64,000 nucleotides of DNA from a virus: positions 27,231 through 91,230 of IMG/VR virus record IMGVR_UViG_3300029813_000617; one strand, written 5' to 3'. The position numbers were made by a program, and so were the translations under genes. The notes beneath the pieces are model-generated. The model searched no databases. It saw only the letters and a program-made list of their open reading frames with translations, and was not told the DNA's origin. This document shows positions 1-9,448 of the stretch, one piece after another (the first letter of the stretch is position 1; each line of letters opens with the position of its first letter).

Positions 1-317
1 TTGGGGCAGCGGTAGGTGCAACCCTTCTCGACTTTGCCGTAGTCTTTGCCGAAATACTGAGTCAGATTGTCCACAGTCTTCTTTGCGATGGCTTCAAGCT
101 TGGTTTTGCCTTTGACCTTCTCCAGAAAGACTTTGAGCTTCTCTAGAGCCTCAGCATTACGGCTAGCTTTGGCATCCTCTGTCGCGGTCTGGCCTGCAAG
201 GAGCTTCAGGCGCATGAAAGCGCCTTTGGCTGCCTTAGGGACCTCTTCGCCAGAGCCATCTACTGCTTTGACGAAAGCGGAGATCCACGCCTTCACCTTG
301 GATGTGAATCCAGCCAT
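1..317 (-). CDS. Partial gene running off the window; probable head scaffold/structural protein
   Basis: ATG at 317 with AGGAGG RBS; open frame MAGFTSKVKAWISAFVKAVDG... rich in K/A/E; lies downstream of the prohead protease. Function inferred from position only. Confidence 0.5.
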   Translation of the reverse strand, partial: MAGFTSKVKAWISAFVKAVDGSGEEVPKAAKGAFMRLKLLAGQTATEDAKASRNAEALEKLKVFLEKVKGKTKLEAIAKKTVDNLTQYFGKDYGKVEKGCTYRCP

Positions 318-407
318 TGTTATCTACCTCCTGTTGAGAAAAGAGAAAAAGCAGCCACATGAGCAGCTGCTTCTTTCTACTCCACATTCGCTCCACCAAA
401 GTGAGCT

Positions 408-617
408 TTATTCAGCCTTCCGAAGCGCTATCTTTGGTTTCAGAACCGCCTTTCCATTAGAGGCTGAAAGAGTCACGTCAATCTTGTGGTGTTCATATTC
501 CCTGAGAATTGAGGCAAGCTCCCTGGACTCTAGAAGCTGCCCAATCCAGGCACGGACGATCGGGTGAGCCTCAGCCCTATTATGACAGATGTTTGAGAAG
601 TTGTCAAGTCCGCCCAC
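408..617 (-). CDS. Small hypothetical protein
   Basis: 69-aa ORF starting 2 nt after the polyprotein stop, same strand. Confidence 0.5.
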   Translation of the reverse strand: MGGLDNFSNICHNRAEAHPIVRAWIGQLLESRELASILREYEHHKIDVTLSASNGKAVLKPKIALRKAE

Positions 618-619
618 TG

Positions 620-3600
620 TTATTCGACCTGAATCAGAAACTCTTCCTTGATCGCAGGAGCGCTGACCAGGGAAATCTTGTCAATCCTGATATCGTAGAG
701 GCCATCAGAACTATCCATACGGCCTTTCCCTAAGATGGAGAAACCCGTGAGTTCTCCCGTAAGGATGCGTTGTCGAACCTGTGGTGAGAGCACAGCAATC
801 TCGATAACGGCTGTGCCCTTCCTGAACAGTCGCTTCCCAACACGAAAGCTCGCAGGGGCTTGAAAAATCTGGGTGAGCTTAACAGAACCCTTGGGAACCT
901 TCTCACTATGCTCGATATCAATCTCATAGCCATCGATGGAGCGAAGGGCCTTGGTGATTTCCTCAGCAGTAACATGGTGCTCCTGGGCATCAGTTTTGCC
1001 AGGAATCAGAAGTGGCCCATAGAGGAACATACCCTTCTCGCTAGGAGGTGAGTGGAAGAGCCTAGAACTGAAGGAGAGAGACTTCGCTAAACGAAATTCC
1101 CCATCGCCAGCTGCAAACTCTTTCCATTTCTCTTCTAGCTTTTCATCAGTAATGGGGCCAAGCCATCTACGACCTAACGAGTCAGCCTTGAGGACTTTGA
1201 GCAAGTCAGCATTCCAGACGATGTGCTTGAGTCGCTCCTTCTGTGCCTGGCGTTCTTTGGACTCACGGGAATACTGGAGGATGTAGGGCCGAGGGTTTAC
1301 AGTAACTCTGTTTATCATCCACCAGTCACCCTCTGCACCGATTTTCGTATACTCAGGTCTGGCTGCCAGGATCTGAGCACCCCAGCGACCAGAGAGCTTT
1401 TTGGTTCGATCGAACCAGAAGAAGCCTTCGTGATAATCACTCTTGCGGACACCATAAGCGCATCTGCCAAAGTCTGCAAAAATGAAACGAGCTCCAGTTT
1501 TGACTGTAGCCCCAACAGCACCTGGCGGAGCCCAATAGATGAGCCGCTTCGGATTCACGATTGTGAGCCAAATGAGAGGTTGGACTGCTTCGTCGAGTCC
1601 CCTCTCAGCCTCAATAAGCACTCTGAGTGAAATAGGATCTGTGTCTAAAAGCTCAAATGCAAGTATCGTTCCCTCAGGTAGAACTGCATCCCCGATCTGT
1701 ACGATCTCGAATTGCTTGTATGCCTCTAGCAACTCGGAGCTATTCTCAACGAGATGGAGATACCGCTCCTCATCGCAGAGGGGGTTTGGGCATTTCCTAT
1801 GTGCTACGATCTTATCATCGGGCTGATTCTCGAGAAACTTGTCACGGATGGGGTAGATATACTTGTGCCCACTCGCAAACTGTAAGACGATGGATGGAGC
1901 ATCAACTGTATACCCGATGAGATGTTCTCCCTCAGGTGACCTCATACGCCAGTCGCCGTGAACGTTCCCAACGTTCAGGATTTGGTCAAGAGACGGAAGA
2001 GATTTAGGAACTTTCTCATCAAGGAATCCATGGACAGCAGCTGAGACGTCTCCTCGCTTGTCAGCAGCAGCCTGAGCACGGCGCTTGAGAGTATCTAGGG
2101 AGCCTGTCAGAATAACTGGTTTATACTTGCGCCAAATGTCAGGAATGAGGCTCGAGTCGCTCCTGGCCTTAGTAAACTCAGCTCGGAGACTCTTGAGTTC
2201 ATCTGGTGTCCAGATACCTCGTTCGTGGTGCATATAGACGAAGGGAAAGGTCTTATCAGGAGGCTGGTGAACGAGATAGGGATCACCAAACTTACGCTCA
2301 GCCTCAGCCCGTTGCTTCTTGTGAGCGGGCTCATCGCCCTCACCAGAAGGCATACTAGACTCAAAGGCATAAACTTGGATGCTAGTGTTTGCCAGATCGT
2401 AGTAACCCAACTGGAGTCCTTCACGAGGAGAGAGAAAGTCCTGGAACTCAATGGCTACCTTTTTAGTTGTGAAGCAAGCCAGATGGTTTTTGTCCCACCT
2501 GACACACCAAGCACTATGTGCTCCTGCTTCCTCGGGTCCATCCTGACGGAAGGATTTAGGGATAATCTGAGGAGGCTTCTGAGCTGCTTCGTTAAACTTT
2601 CGAATCTTAGTTTCAGCTTCTCTGACCCCTTCTTTGCCATAAGGCTTGATACCTGTCCCAGAAAGATCGCAGTAGCCAAATTGCCCTATCTCACTAGAGG
2701 GCTGCTTATCACGAAACTTCTCTGCATCATTTTTCTGTCGATAACATGCGATAGCTCTACCCTCTGCCCAAATCACGCACCAACCATGACCTGGCTCAGC
2801 GGTAAGAGGCCCCTCAGAAAGAAAGCGAGAAGGCTTGGTGGCCTCGCGAAGCTTTTGAGCTTCGGCGAAATCATAGTTCCCAATCAAGAGTTCCTTCCGT
2901 GTACCAGGAGCCTGGCCTGTCCGAGTTTTTCGAGAATAGGTCGCATAGCGCATTCCAAGACTGACACCTTTGATGCTGGAGCCCTTGAAGGCTGCTCTGG
3001 TCCGCTTGCTATCGTACATAGAGAGCAGCCACTTACCACGAAGCCCCTTGAGGAACTTGGCCAGCCTTTCTGGCTCGGGGGCTGTAGATCCATAAGGTTG
3101 GAGATCACCACTGCCAAAGTGAGGGGGGTCAATATAGTGAAAGGTGGAAACTGAGTCATACTGCCGCATAGTCTTGAAAGCATCCTGTAGGGTGACAGTG
3201 ACATCCCCCTTGAGCTTTTGGCTAGCAGCCTGAAGCTTAGCTACTACTCCAGCCCAGGAGCGAGTTTGACCAGTCGAAGCAAAGCCCTTGGCAGGAGAGT
3301 CAGCCCAGGAGTTGAAGTTAAGGTAGAGGAACCGATAGAATCGCTCCCGCTTGCGGACAGGTTTCTGGTCTTTGAGAAACTGCCAGCGACTCTTGGACGG
3401 ACGCCAGTTCTGTTTCTTGAGCCACTCAATGTCTGACGAGGAGATATTCCTGATGAACCTGAGAGCTGCTATGATCTCAGGGTCCATATCGCCTAGGACA
3501 GATTTGGATGCTTTGTCCTTGGCAAAGAAAATCGTAGCCGAGCCACAGTAAGGCTCCACGTAAGCCTGGTGCTTAGGGATAAGTGGCAGGATGTGCTTGA

Positions 3601-5143
3601 CCAGGAGTGTCTTGCCTCCTGGATGACCAAAGGGCCTGATAGATTTTTGGAGAGTCTTGGGTGACCGTTGTACGATCTTCTCAACGTCGGCCACAGTATC
3701 AGGCTTCTTTCGAGTTGGGTCATACTCGCGAACCCTAGGGAAGGTCCACGAATAGTGTTCCTTGCCCTCGTCATCCTTCCAGACTCGCATAAGGATCGGA
3801 GCGACAGTGATAATATCACCCAACTTGGGACCAGGATCGAGCTTGATCGCATAGGTATTCCCATAGGCCCAGTCACCACGCTCTCGATGCTCGAAGCCCT
3901 TAGCCATCTCCCAGATTTGGGGATCGTCAGTGCCCTTCCAGACTCCGCCCTCATGCTCGGCGTCGAACTTGAGAGTGAGATCTCCAGGGGCCAGTTTATG
4001 CTGAGAGTCAATAGGGATTAGCTTAGAGTCATCGCGAACTGCACACCTATAGTAGAAAGTTTGGGAGTCTTTCTGGAGCTTACGAAAAGCTTTGAGGGCC
4101 TCTTCGCCTTCGAGGTTACGCTTGGAGCGATCAGGCCAAGGGTTAGGTTTGCGAGTTCGACCTATAACTTGGACATGCAGTTCAGAGACCATCTTGAGCT
4201 TTCCCCAATCGGCAGTCTCTTCTCGAGTGCGACCCCGAAGAGGATAATCAGAGTCCAGAGTCTTGACCATTGCACCCTCGCTGCCAGGATAAGCGATGGC
4301 CTTGTCAAGGGCAGCCATAAAGTCAGCCTTGGATTTGGCAGTCCAAGTCACAGCTTTTCTAAGATGCTTCTTATCCTTGGGGAGCATCCTGGAAAGAGAT
4401 GCAAGGCGTTCAGAGTAGGACTTGGTATTGAGTGCCTGACCATCCAGATAGAGAACGTCGTGGATGTTGATCCGAATATCCTCTCCCTTGACAGGAGTTT
4501 TGCCTACGATGACCCTGACCATCTCTCTGCGAGGGATAGGCTGCTCTTTCTGCCAGAGCACTAGTTCGACATCTACAATCCCCGACTTGATCGGAAGGCC
4601 GCGAACCTCGGAGACGACATCAGGAAGAATTGAGGCACGGTCACGCTTCTTGTCTTCAGTATAGATGGCTACTCGCTCTCCTTCCCAGTGGATAAGTAGT
4701 CTCAGGCCATCATACTTGGGCTGAATAGCGATAGGGCGATTAGCCTCCAGGCGTTCCTTAGCCCAAAGCTCATACAGGTCACCCTTGTTATTGAATTCGA
4801 ACTGACCATAGCCAGTACGAGCTTTCAGGGGCGTGAAGGGCTTGAAGAGAGTCACCTGCTGCTCAGCGAGAACGAGAGTCTGTGCATCATCCTCGGGCAG
4901 ACTGGATACGAATAATGCGACTCGCTCCTCATGAGAGAGCTCAGCTAGGCTCTCCCCAGATAGCTCTAGGCAGTCAGTAGGATAGAGGTTTCCTTCATGA
5001 CCAAGGGTGGGTAGTGAAAATGAGGACAGACCCAGTTCTCGATATCGACTCAGGCTATCGGCGTAGTCACCCGAGACATCGTTACCATCTGCATCCAGGA
5101 CGAAGCAGATATTTTTGATTTTTCGAATCAGGAGTTCAGCCAT
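620..5143 (-). CDS. Polyprotein: ATP-dependent DNA ligase + Dam-like DNA adenine methyltransferase + LigD phosphoesterase-like domain + XkdF-like prohead serine protease
   Basis: Ligase motifs PKYDGLR, DVE, EGAMVK, WGKLK, FPRVR. Dam-type HPGGK, YVEPYCGS, IDPPH. PE-like FVYMHHERG...HGDWRM...LSGRW. C-terminal XkdF-like YGPLLIPGKTDAQ...DIEH...GELTGFSILG. Confidence 0.85.
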   Translation of the reverse strand: MAELLIRKIKNICFVLDADGNDVSGDYADSLSRYRELGLSSFSLPTLGHEGNLYPTDCLELSGESLAELSHEERVALFVSSLPEDDAQTLVLAEQQVTLFKPFTPLKARTGYGQFEFNNKGDLYELWAKERLEANRPIAIQPKYDGLRLLIHWEGERVAIYTEDKKRDRASILPDVVSEVRGLPIKSGIVDVELVLWQKEQPIPRREMVRVIVGKTPVKGEDIRINIHDVLYLDGQALNTKSYSERLASLSRMLPKDKKHLRKAVTWTAKSKADFMAALDKAIAYPGSEGAMVKTLDSDYPLRGRTREETADWGKLKMVSELHVQVIGRTRKPNPWPDRSKRNLEGEEALKAFRKLQKDSQTFYYRCAVRDDSKLIPIDSQHKLAPGDLTLKFDAEHEGGVWKGTDDPQIWEMAKGFEHRERGDWAYGNTYAIKLDPGPKLGDIITVAPILMRVWKDDEGKEHYSWTFPRVREYDPTRKKPDTVADVEKIVQRSPKTLQKSIRPFGHPGGKTLLVKHILPLIPKHQAYVEPYCGSATIFFAKDKASKSVLGDMDPEIIAALRFIRNISSSDIEWLKKQNWRPSKSRWQFLKDQKPVRKRERFYRFLYLNFNSWADSPAKGFASTGQTRSWAGVVAKLQAASQKLKGDVTVTLQDAFKTMRQYDSVSTFHYIDPPHFGSGDLQPYGSTAPEPERLAKFLKGLRGKWLLSMYDSKRTRAAFKGSSIKGVSLGMRYATYSRKTRTGQAPGTRKELLIGNYDFAEAQKLREATKPSRFLSEGPLTAEPGHGWCVIWAEGRAIACYRQKNDAEKFRDKQPSSEIGQFGYCDLSGTGIKPYGKEGVREAETKIRKFNEAAQKPPQIIPKSFRQDGPEEAGAHSAWCVRWDKNHLACFTTKKVAIEFQDFLSPREGLQLGYYDLANTSIQVYAFESSMPSGEGDEPAHKKQRAEAERKFGDPYLVHQPPDKTFPFVYMHHERGIWTPDELKSLRAEFTKARSDSSLIPDIWRKYKPVILTGSLDTLKRRAQAAADKRGDVSAAVHGFLDEKVPKSLPSLDQILNVGNVHGDWRMRSPEGEHLIGYTVDAPSIVLQFASGHKYIYPIRDKFLENQPDDKIVAHRKCPNPLCDEERYLHLVENSSELLEAYKQFEIVQIGDAVLPEGTILAFELLDTDPISLRVLIEAERGLDEAVQPLIWLTIVNPKRLIYWAPPGAVGATVKTGARFIFADFGRCAYGVRKSDYHEGFFWFDRTKKLSGRWGAQILAARPEYTKIGAEGDWWMINRVTVNPRPYILQYSRESKERQAQKERLKHIVWNADLLKVLKADSLGRRWLGPITDEKLEEKWKEFAAGDGEFRLAKSLSFSSRLFHSPPSEKGMFLYGPLLIPGKTDAQEHHVTAEEITKALRSIDGYEIDIEHSEKVPKGSVKLTQIFQAPASFRVGKRLFRKGTAVIEIAVLSPQVRQRILTGELTGFSILGKGRMDSSDGLYDIRIDKISLVSAPAIKEEFLIQVE

Positions 5144-5162
5144 TACTGTTCACCTCAGGACC

Positions 5163-5190
5163 ATTCTACACCAAACTGGAAGTTAGTCAA
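5163..5190 (-). promoter_or_regulatory. sigma70-like promoter for the polyprotein
   Basis: TTGACT-16bp-TAGAAT, followed by GAGGTG RBS and ATG at 5143. Confidence 0.6.
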
Positions 5191-5288
5191 GCCCGCTCCA
5201 GACAAACCTGAAAATGCCAGTGATCAGTGAAAGAATGTTGGTCTGCATCAGTTTTTATTCTCGCTCTCTAGATAAGGCCGATCACAAC

Positions 5289-5759
5289 CTATTTTTCAAG
5301 CCTTAAGATCCAAGTCGTGGATTCATCGCTAAGTCCAAACCCGCACTTCTCAAAGAGCTTTATCGATCGAGTATTATGACTGGAGATGGACGCCCGGAGC
5401 TCATGTAGCCCCAGCTCCCAAGCTTTTGCTATTGTCGCTCTCAACAACTTCTCTCCTAAACCCTTACCCTGCGAAATGGGAGAGATACAAACTCCTATCT
5501 CTGCTCCGCTCACTCCAGCAGACTGTCGTAGCTGGCTATAACCGAAGAACCAACCCGGACGGCAACCTATGTAGATGCGCCACTCGGACTGTTCTAAGTA
5601 CTTGCTAAACCAAGCCTTCTGCTCTTCCACGGTGATAGGTCTAGGATCTCGTAGCCACCTGTACACTTCAGGGTTGCTACGTGTCAATCGCACAAACTCG
5701 AGTGTTCCCTCGCTCAGGGGTTCTAAGATGATATCACCAGCCAGTATTGATAACATCAA
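5289..5759 (-). CDS. GNAT family N-acetyltransferase (PseH-like)
   Basis: QGKGLG acetyl-CoA motif; N..SIKLFEKCGF; adjacent to a DegT aminotransferase. Confidence 0.8.
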   Translation of the reverse strand: MMLSILAGDIILEPLSEGTLEFVRLTRSNPEVYRWLRDPRPITVEEQKAWFSKYLEQSEWRIYIGCRPGWFFGYSQLRQSAGVSGAEIGVCISPISQGKGLGEKLLRATIAKAWELGLHELRASISSHNTRSIKLFEKCGFGLSDESTTWILRLEK

Positions 5760-6843
5760 TCACCTTTTCGATATCCTCATCTGATAGACCCAGGTGCAAC
5801 GGAAGAGAAATCAACCTCTCAGAACAAAGTTGTGCCACGGGAGTCTCACTTATAAGACCACCATAGATAGAGTAGGAGTTGTTCGGTATATAATGGACTC
5901 CTGGCTCGATACCGTTCCCTTTCAGCTTTTTTATGAGGCCATTTCGGTTTCTTGCTTGGATCCAAAAAAGATGCTGAGCACAGGTTCTAGTAGGATCTGA
6001 TAGGGGCATCTTAATCACAATGTCTCTATGAATCAAACCCTCGCTGTACATCACTGCGATCTGCCTGCGTCGCTCGTTTCCTGCTTCCAGTACCTTGAGC
6101 TGGGCTAAGCCAATAGCAGCGATTACGTCATTCATATGATACTTGTAGCCTATCTCAGTAACATCATACTGCCACGCGTAGGCTCCAGTATCCTCCTCAG
6201 TACGTCTCCAAGTATCCTTGTCTATGCCTAGCCATCGTAGTCGCTTGGCCCTTTCTGCATATTTGCGACTCGAGGTAGTTAGCATTCCGCCATCAGCCGT
6301 AGGGAGATTTTTGACAGCGTGGAAGCTGAAACAGGTCAAGCCAGAACCCCCGATAAGGCGATTTATGTAGGTGCTCCCACAGGCATGAGCGGCGTCTTCG
6401 ATAACAGTAATACCCAAGTGTCTGGCAGGCTCTTGCAACATAGCAAGGTCACAAGGCCAGCCCCCAAAGTGGACACACATAATAGCCTTAGTCTTCGGAG
6501 TGATTAGCTTCACTACAGACGCCGGATCAATGTTACACGTCCTAGCCCTAACATCAGCCCAGATAGGGGTTGCCCCACAGTATCGAATCGCATGATTAGT
6601 AGACACAAAAGTAAGTGGGGTCGTTATTACCTCATCACCAGGTCCCACTCCAACTAGCAAGAGAGCTAGGTGCAAAGCAGCTGTACCTGAGTTGAGAGCA
6701 ACTGCATACTTCGCTCCTACGTATTCAGCAAATGCTTTCTCAAACCCGGCGGTCTTGGGTCCCAGGCCAATCCAGCCCGACCTGAGAACTTCCTCGACCG
6801 CTTTAATAGCCTCTTCTGTAATGTATGGCTTAAACAACTGCAC
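5734..6843 (-). CDS. DegT/DnrJ/EryC1/StrS family sugar aminotransferase
   Basis: NSGTAALHLAL, IEDAAHA, FSFHAVKNL (PLP lysine), GGML, SLPLH. Confidence 0.93.
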   Translation of the reverse strand: MQLFKPYITEEAIKAVEEVLRSGWIGLGPKTAGFEKAFAEYVGAKYAVALNSGTAALHLALLLVGVGPGDEVITTPLTFVSTNHAIRYCGATPIWADVRARTCNIDPASVVKLITPKTKAIMCVHFGGWPCDLAMLQEPARHLGITVIEDAAHACGSTYINRLIGGSGLTCFSFHAVKNLPTADGGMLTTSSRKYAERAKRLRWLGIDKDTWRRTEEDTGAYAWQYDVTEIGYKYHMNDVIAAIGLAQLKVLEAGNERRRQIAVMYSEGLIHRDIVIKMPLSDPTRTCAQHLFWIQARNRNGLIKKLKGNGIEPGVHYIPNNSYSIYGGLISETPVAQLCSERLISLPLHLGLSDEDIEKVIDVINTGW

Positions 6844-6846
6844 CTC

Positions 6847-7542
6847 TCAGTCCTCCCACGGAGTAAAGTCTTTGTTCCAATAGTTGTCACTGGATTTATG
6901 GATCTTATCTGCCAGAGTGATTGGGACATGCTCTATCTTGAAATGTTGTGCAATTCTGAACCAATAGTCCCAATCTGCCGTCGCGGAATAGGAAGCACCT
7001 GGGTGAGAATATCTCCCGTGCTTATTTCTGAAATATCCCACTTTATCAATGACCTCTCTGCGATGCATTACTGCCAAGACTGCTATGAGATTTGTGCGTT
7101 TCATCATCTCCATATCAAAATCGCGAGATAGATCACGCCTGGCAATCTCTCCCTGCCCATATAGGTTTCTGTGCCAAACATAGTCACAAAAGGCTAGTCC
7201 GACGCCTGGATGTGCGTCTAAGTAAGCACTCATAATCTCTAAGAACTTGAGTTTGTAAGTGTCATCATGGTCAAGATAGCAAAAGTACTTCCCACGAGCA
7301 ATCCTCATACCGTCATTCCTAACACACTCGCCCTGCCTTAGATATGGCCCCGCCTTTTTGATATAGATGATTCTGGAATCATCAAACTGCTTGATTACTT
7401 GTTCAGTGTTGTCAGGAGAGACGTCATCAATGATAATAAGCTCGAAGTTGGGCATGGTTTGGAGTAACACGCTTCTAATAGATCTCTCGATGAAGCGTGC
7501 TCCTTTGTAGGTAGGCATTATGACAGATACTAAGGGGTTCAT
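6847..7542 (-). CDS. Glycosyltransferase family 2
   Basis: VSVIMPTY, IIDDVS, LDHDD, DWDYW. Confidence 0.9.
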   Translation of the reverse strand: MNPLVSVIMPTYKGARFIERSIRSVLLQTMPNFELIIIDDVSPDNTEQVIKQFDDSRIIYIKKAGPYLRQGECVRNDGMRIARGKYFCYLDHDDTYKLKFLEIMSAYLDAHPGVGLAFCDYVWHRNLYGQGEIARRDLSRDFDMEMMKRTNLIAVLAVMHRREVIDKVGYFRNKHGRYSHPGASYSATADWDYWFRIAQHFKIEHVPITLADKIHKSSDNYWNKDFTPWED

Positions 7543-7544
7543 TA

Positions 7545-8666
7545 TTACTCTCTTGCTATTCTGATGATTTGGCAAACCCTACTGATCTCTCTCTGACTCA
7601 CAGAGGTGCCAGTAGGCAGACAGAGCACTTGCTGAGTTAGGAGATCAGTCTCTGGCAACAACAGGCCCTCGTAAAAAGGGGAAGAGTGATACGGCTCCAT
7701 GCGATGGCAGCCTGGATAGAAGTAACGTCGAGCAAGTACATTCTCGGCATGCAGAACCTCAACTAGGTGATCCCGACTGATACCAGAAATCGCCTCATTG
7801 ATCTCTAAAACGATGTACTGATAATTACACTTCTCGGTTTCGTCATAGGCTAGGAGCTGAATTCCAGGTATGCCCTCCAACTCCTCTCGATATCGCTTAT
7901 AGTTGCGGTAGTTGACAGCAACAAACTCACTAAAACTCTCCAGTCCCGTCAGCCCCATTGCTGCCGATATCTCACTCATCTTGCCATTAGTGCCAACGCT
8001 AACAACGTTATCATAGCCTGCAAAACCAAAGTTCTTCATCAAGCGAACCCTGGCAGCTAAGTCATCATCGTTGGTAGTTATCGCCCCACCCTCGAAAGTA
8101 TTGAGAATTTTTGTCGCATGGAAACTAAACATCTCAGCATTGCCAAAACTACCAACCATTTGCCCTTTGTGCGAACATCCAAAGGCATGGGCAGCATCAA
8201 ACAGGAGCTTTAGACCTTGTCGCTGTGCAAGCTTAGTTAACACTTCTATATTACAGGGCCGTCCCCATACATGAACGCCGATAATGCCAGTAGTACGTAA
8301 TGTGATCAGTCGCCTCACTTGATCTGGATCTATGTTACAAGTGTAAGGATCAATATCGCAGAAGACAGGCGTAATTCCCAGCCACTGCAAAGCATGAGCT
8401 GTAGCAATAAAGGTAAATGAAGGCACAATGACTTCGCCAGACAGCCCCAATGCTCGGATAGCGACCTCCAGCGCAACAGTACCATTACAAGCAGCAACAC
8501 AATGCTTGACTCCTAAAAGGTCAGCAACGCGCTGCTCGAATTCCTGCACATAGCGACCCCTGTTAGTCAACCAGTGTCTATCCAGGAGATCGTTGATACG
8601 CTCTAGTAGACATTCACGACTGCCGATATTAGGACGACCGACGTGTAGTGGACTCATAATAGTCAA
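7545..8666 (-). CDS. DegT family aminotransferase, VioA/DesI-like (dTDP-4-amino-4,6-dideoxyglucose transaminase)
   Basis: WLTNRG, NGTVAL, FDAAHAFG, SFHATK, NFGF, NGKMSE, RRYFYP are typical of the VioA subgroup. Confidence 0.88.
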   Translation of the reverse strand: MTIMSPLHVGRPNIGSRECLLERINDLLDRHWLTNRGRYVQEFEQRVADLLGVKHCVAACNGTVALEVAIRALGLSGEVIVPSFTFIATAHALQWLGITPVFCDIDPYTCNIDPDQVRRLITLRTTGIIGVHVWGRPCNIEVLTKLAQRQGLKLLFDAAHAFGCSHKGQMVGSFGNAEMFSFHATKILNTFEGGAITTNDDDLAARVRLMKNFGFAGYDNVVSVGTNGKMSEISAAMGLTGLESFSEFVAVNYRNYKRYREELEGIPGIQLLAYDETEKCNYQYIVLEINEAISGISRDHLVEVLHAENVLARRYFYPGCHRMEPYHSSPFYEGLLLPETDLLTQQVLCLPTGTSVSQREISRVCQIIRIARE

Positions 8667-9313
8667 ACGGCATCAACCTTTCGTATAACCCTGGCAGGAA
8701 CCCCATAGGCCACCATATTATCGGGGACATATCTTAGCACAACAGCGCCAGCCCCCACCAGGGAACCCCTACCGATAGTTACATGCTCTATAACTATTGC
8801 TCCGATGCCAACCCACGCAGCTGAACATACCCTTACTCCGCCAGCCAGACAAACTCCTGGGCAAATGTGAACTCCATCACCTATGATGCAGTGGTGACCA
8901 ATACTAGTGCAAGAATTGATTATTGCGTTCTCTCCGATCGTTGCCCCAGGTTTTATCACTGCCCCAGCCCCAATCACAGTACCTGAGCCGACAGGCACGT
9001 CAGCTGCGATGACAGCACTGGGATGAATGGCGGTAGCCAATCTAAAGCCACTATCACGAACCAGTTTGGACAACCTTAGTCGTGCTCTGCAGTTCCCGAA
9101 CGCAAGAATACAGTACTCGACACCCATTTCCTTGAGATTGTCTAATTGTTCCTTTCCACCAAGAATAAAGGCTTCACAGAACTCTATACCACGACGCTCG
9201 GGATTCACATCGTCGAGAAATCCTACAATCTCGTACTCGCCCTGCAAGCGTACAATGTCGGCAACCACTAAAGCGTGTCCTGAAGCACCCCAGACCACCA
9301 ACTTGCGTTTCAC
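8663..9313 (-). CDS. NeuD/PglD/VioB-like hexapeptide-repeat sugar acetyltransferase
   Basis: WGASGHA..V, GFLDD, IHPSA, hexapeptide repeats, GVPAR. Confidence 0.9.
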   Translation of the reverse strand: MKRKLVVWGASGHALVVADIVRLQGEYEIVGFLDDVNPERRGIEFCEAFILGGKEQLDNLKEMGVEYCILAFGNCRARLRLSKLVRDSGFRLATAIHPSAVIAADVPVGSGTVIGAGAVIKPGATIGENAIINSCTSIGHHCIIGDGVHICPGVCLAGGVRVCSAAWVGIGAIVIEHVTIGRGSLVGAGAVVLRYVPDNMVAYGVPARVIRKVDAV

Positions 9314-9319
9314 GAGGTA

Positions 9320-9448
9320 CTATCTCCTTTTCGATACGTCGCTATCAACCGAATACAGATGAACATCTTTGCACCAACGAAGCACTTTACAGATTTCGAG
9401 ACCGACTTCTGTGCCTCCTGGAAACACCAAAACTCTGTAGGGTCTCAC
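9320..9448 (-). pseudogene. Truncated N-terminus of an ATP-grasp-type sugar-cluster protein
   Basis: 42-aa ORF VLVFPGGTEVGLEI with RBS and GTGA overlap with the upstream stop; resembles N-termini of much longer proteins. Confidence 0.45.

Noticed and set aside
67-4664. Long plus-strand ORFs (e.g. 67-567, 2225-3154)
   Set aside because: Antisense shadows of the minus-strand genes, with no recognisable motifs.
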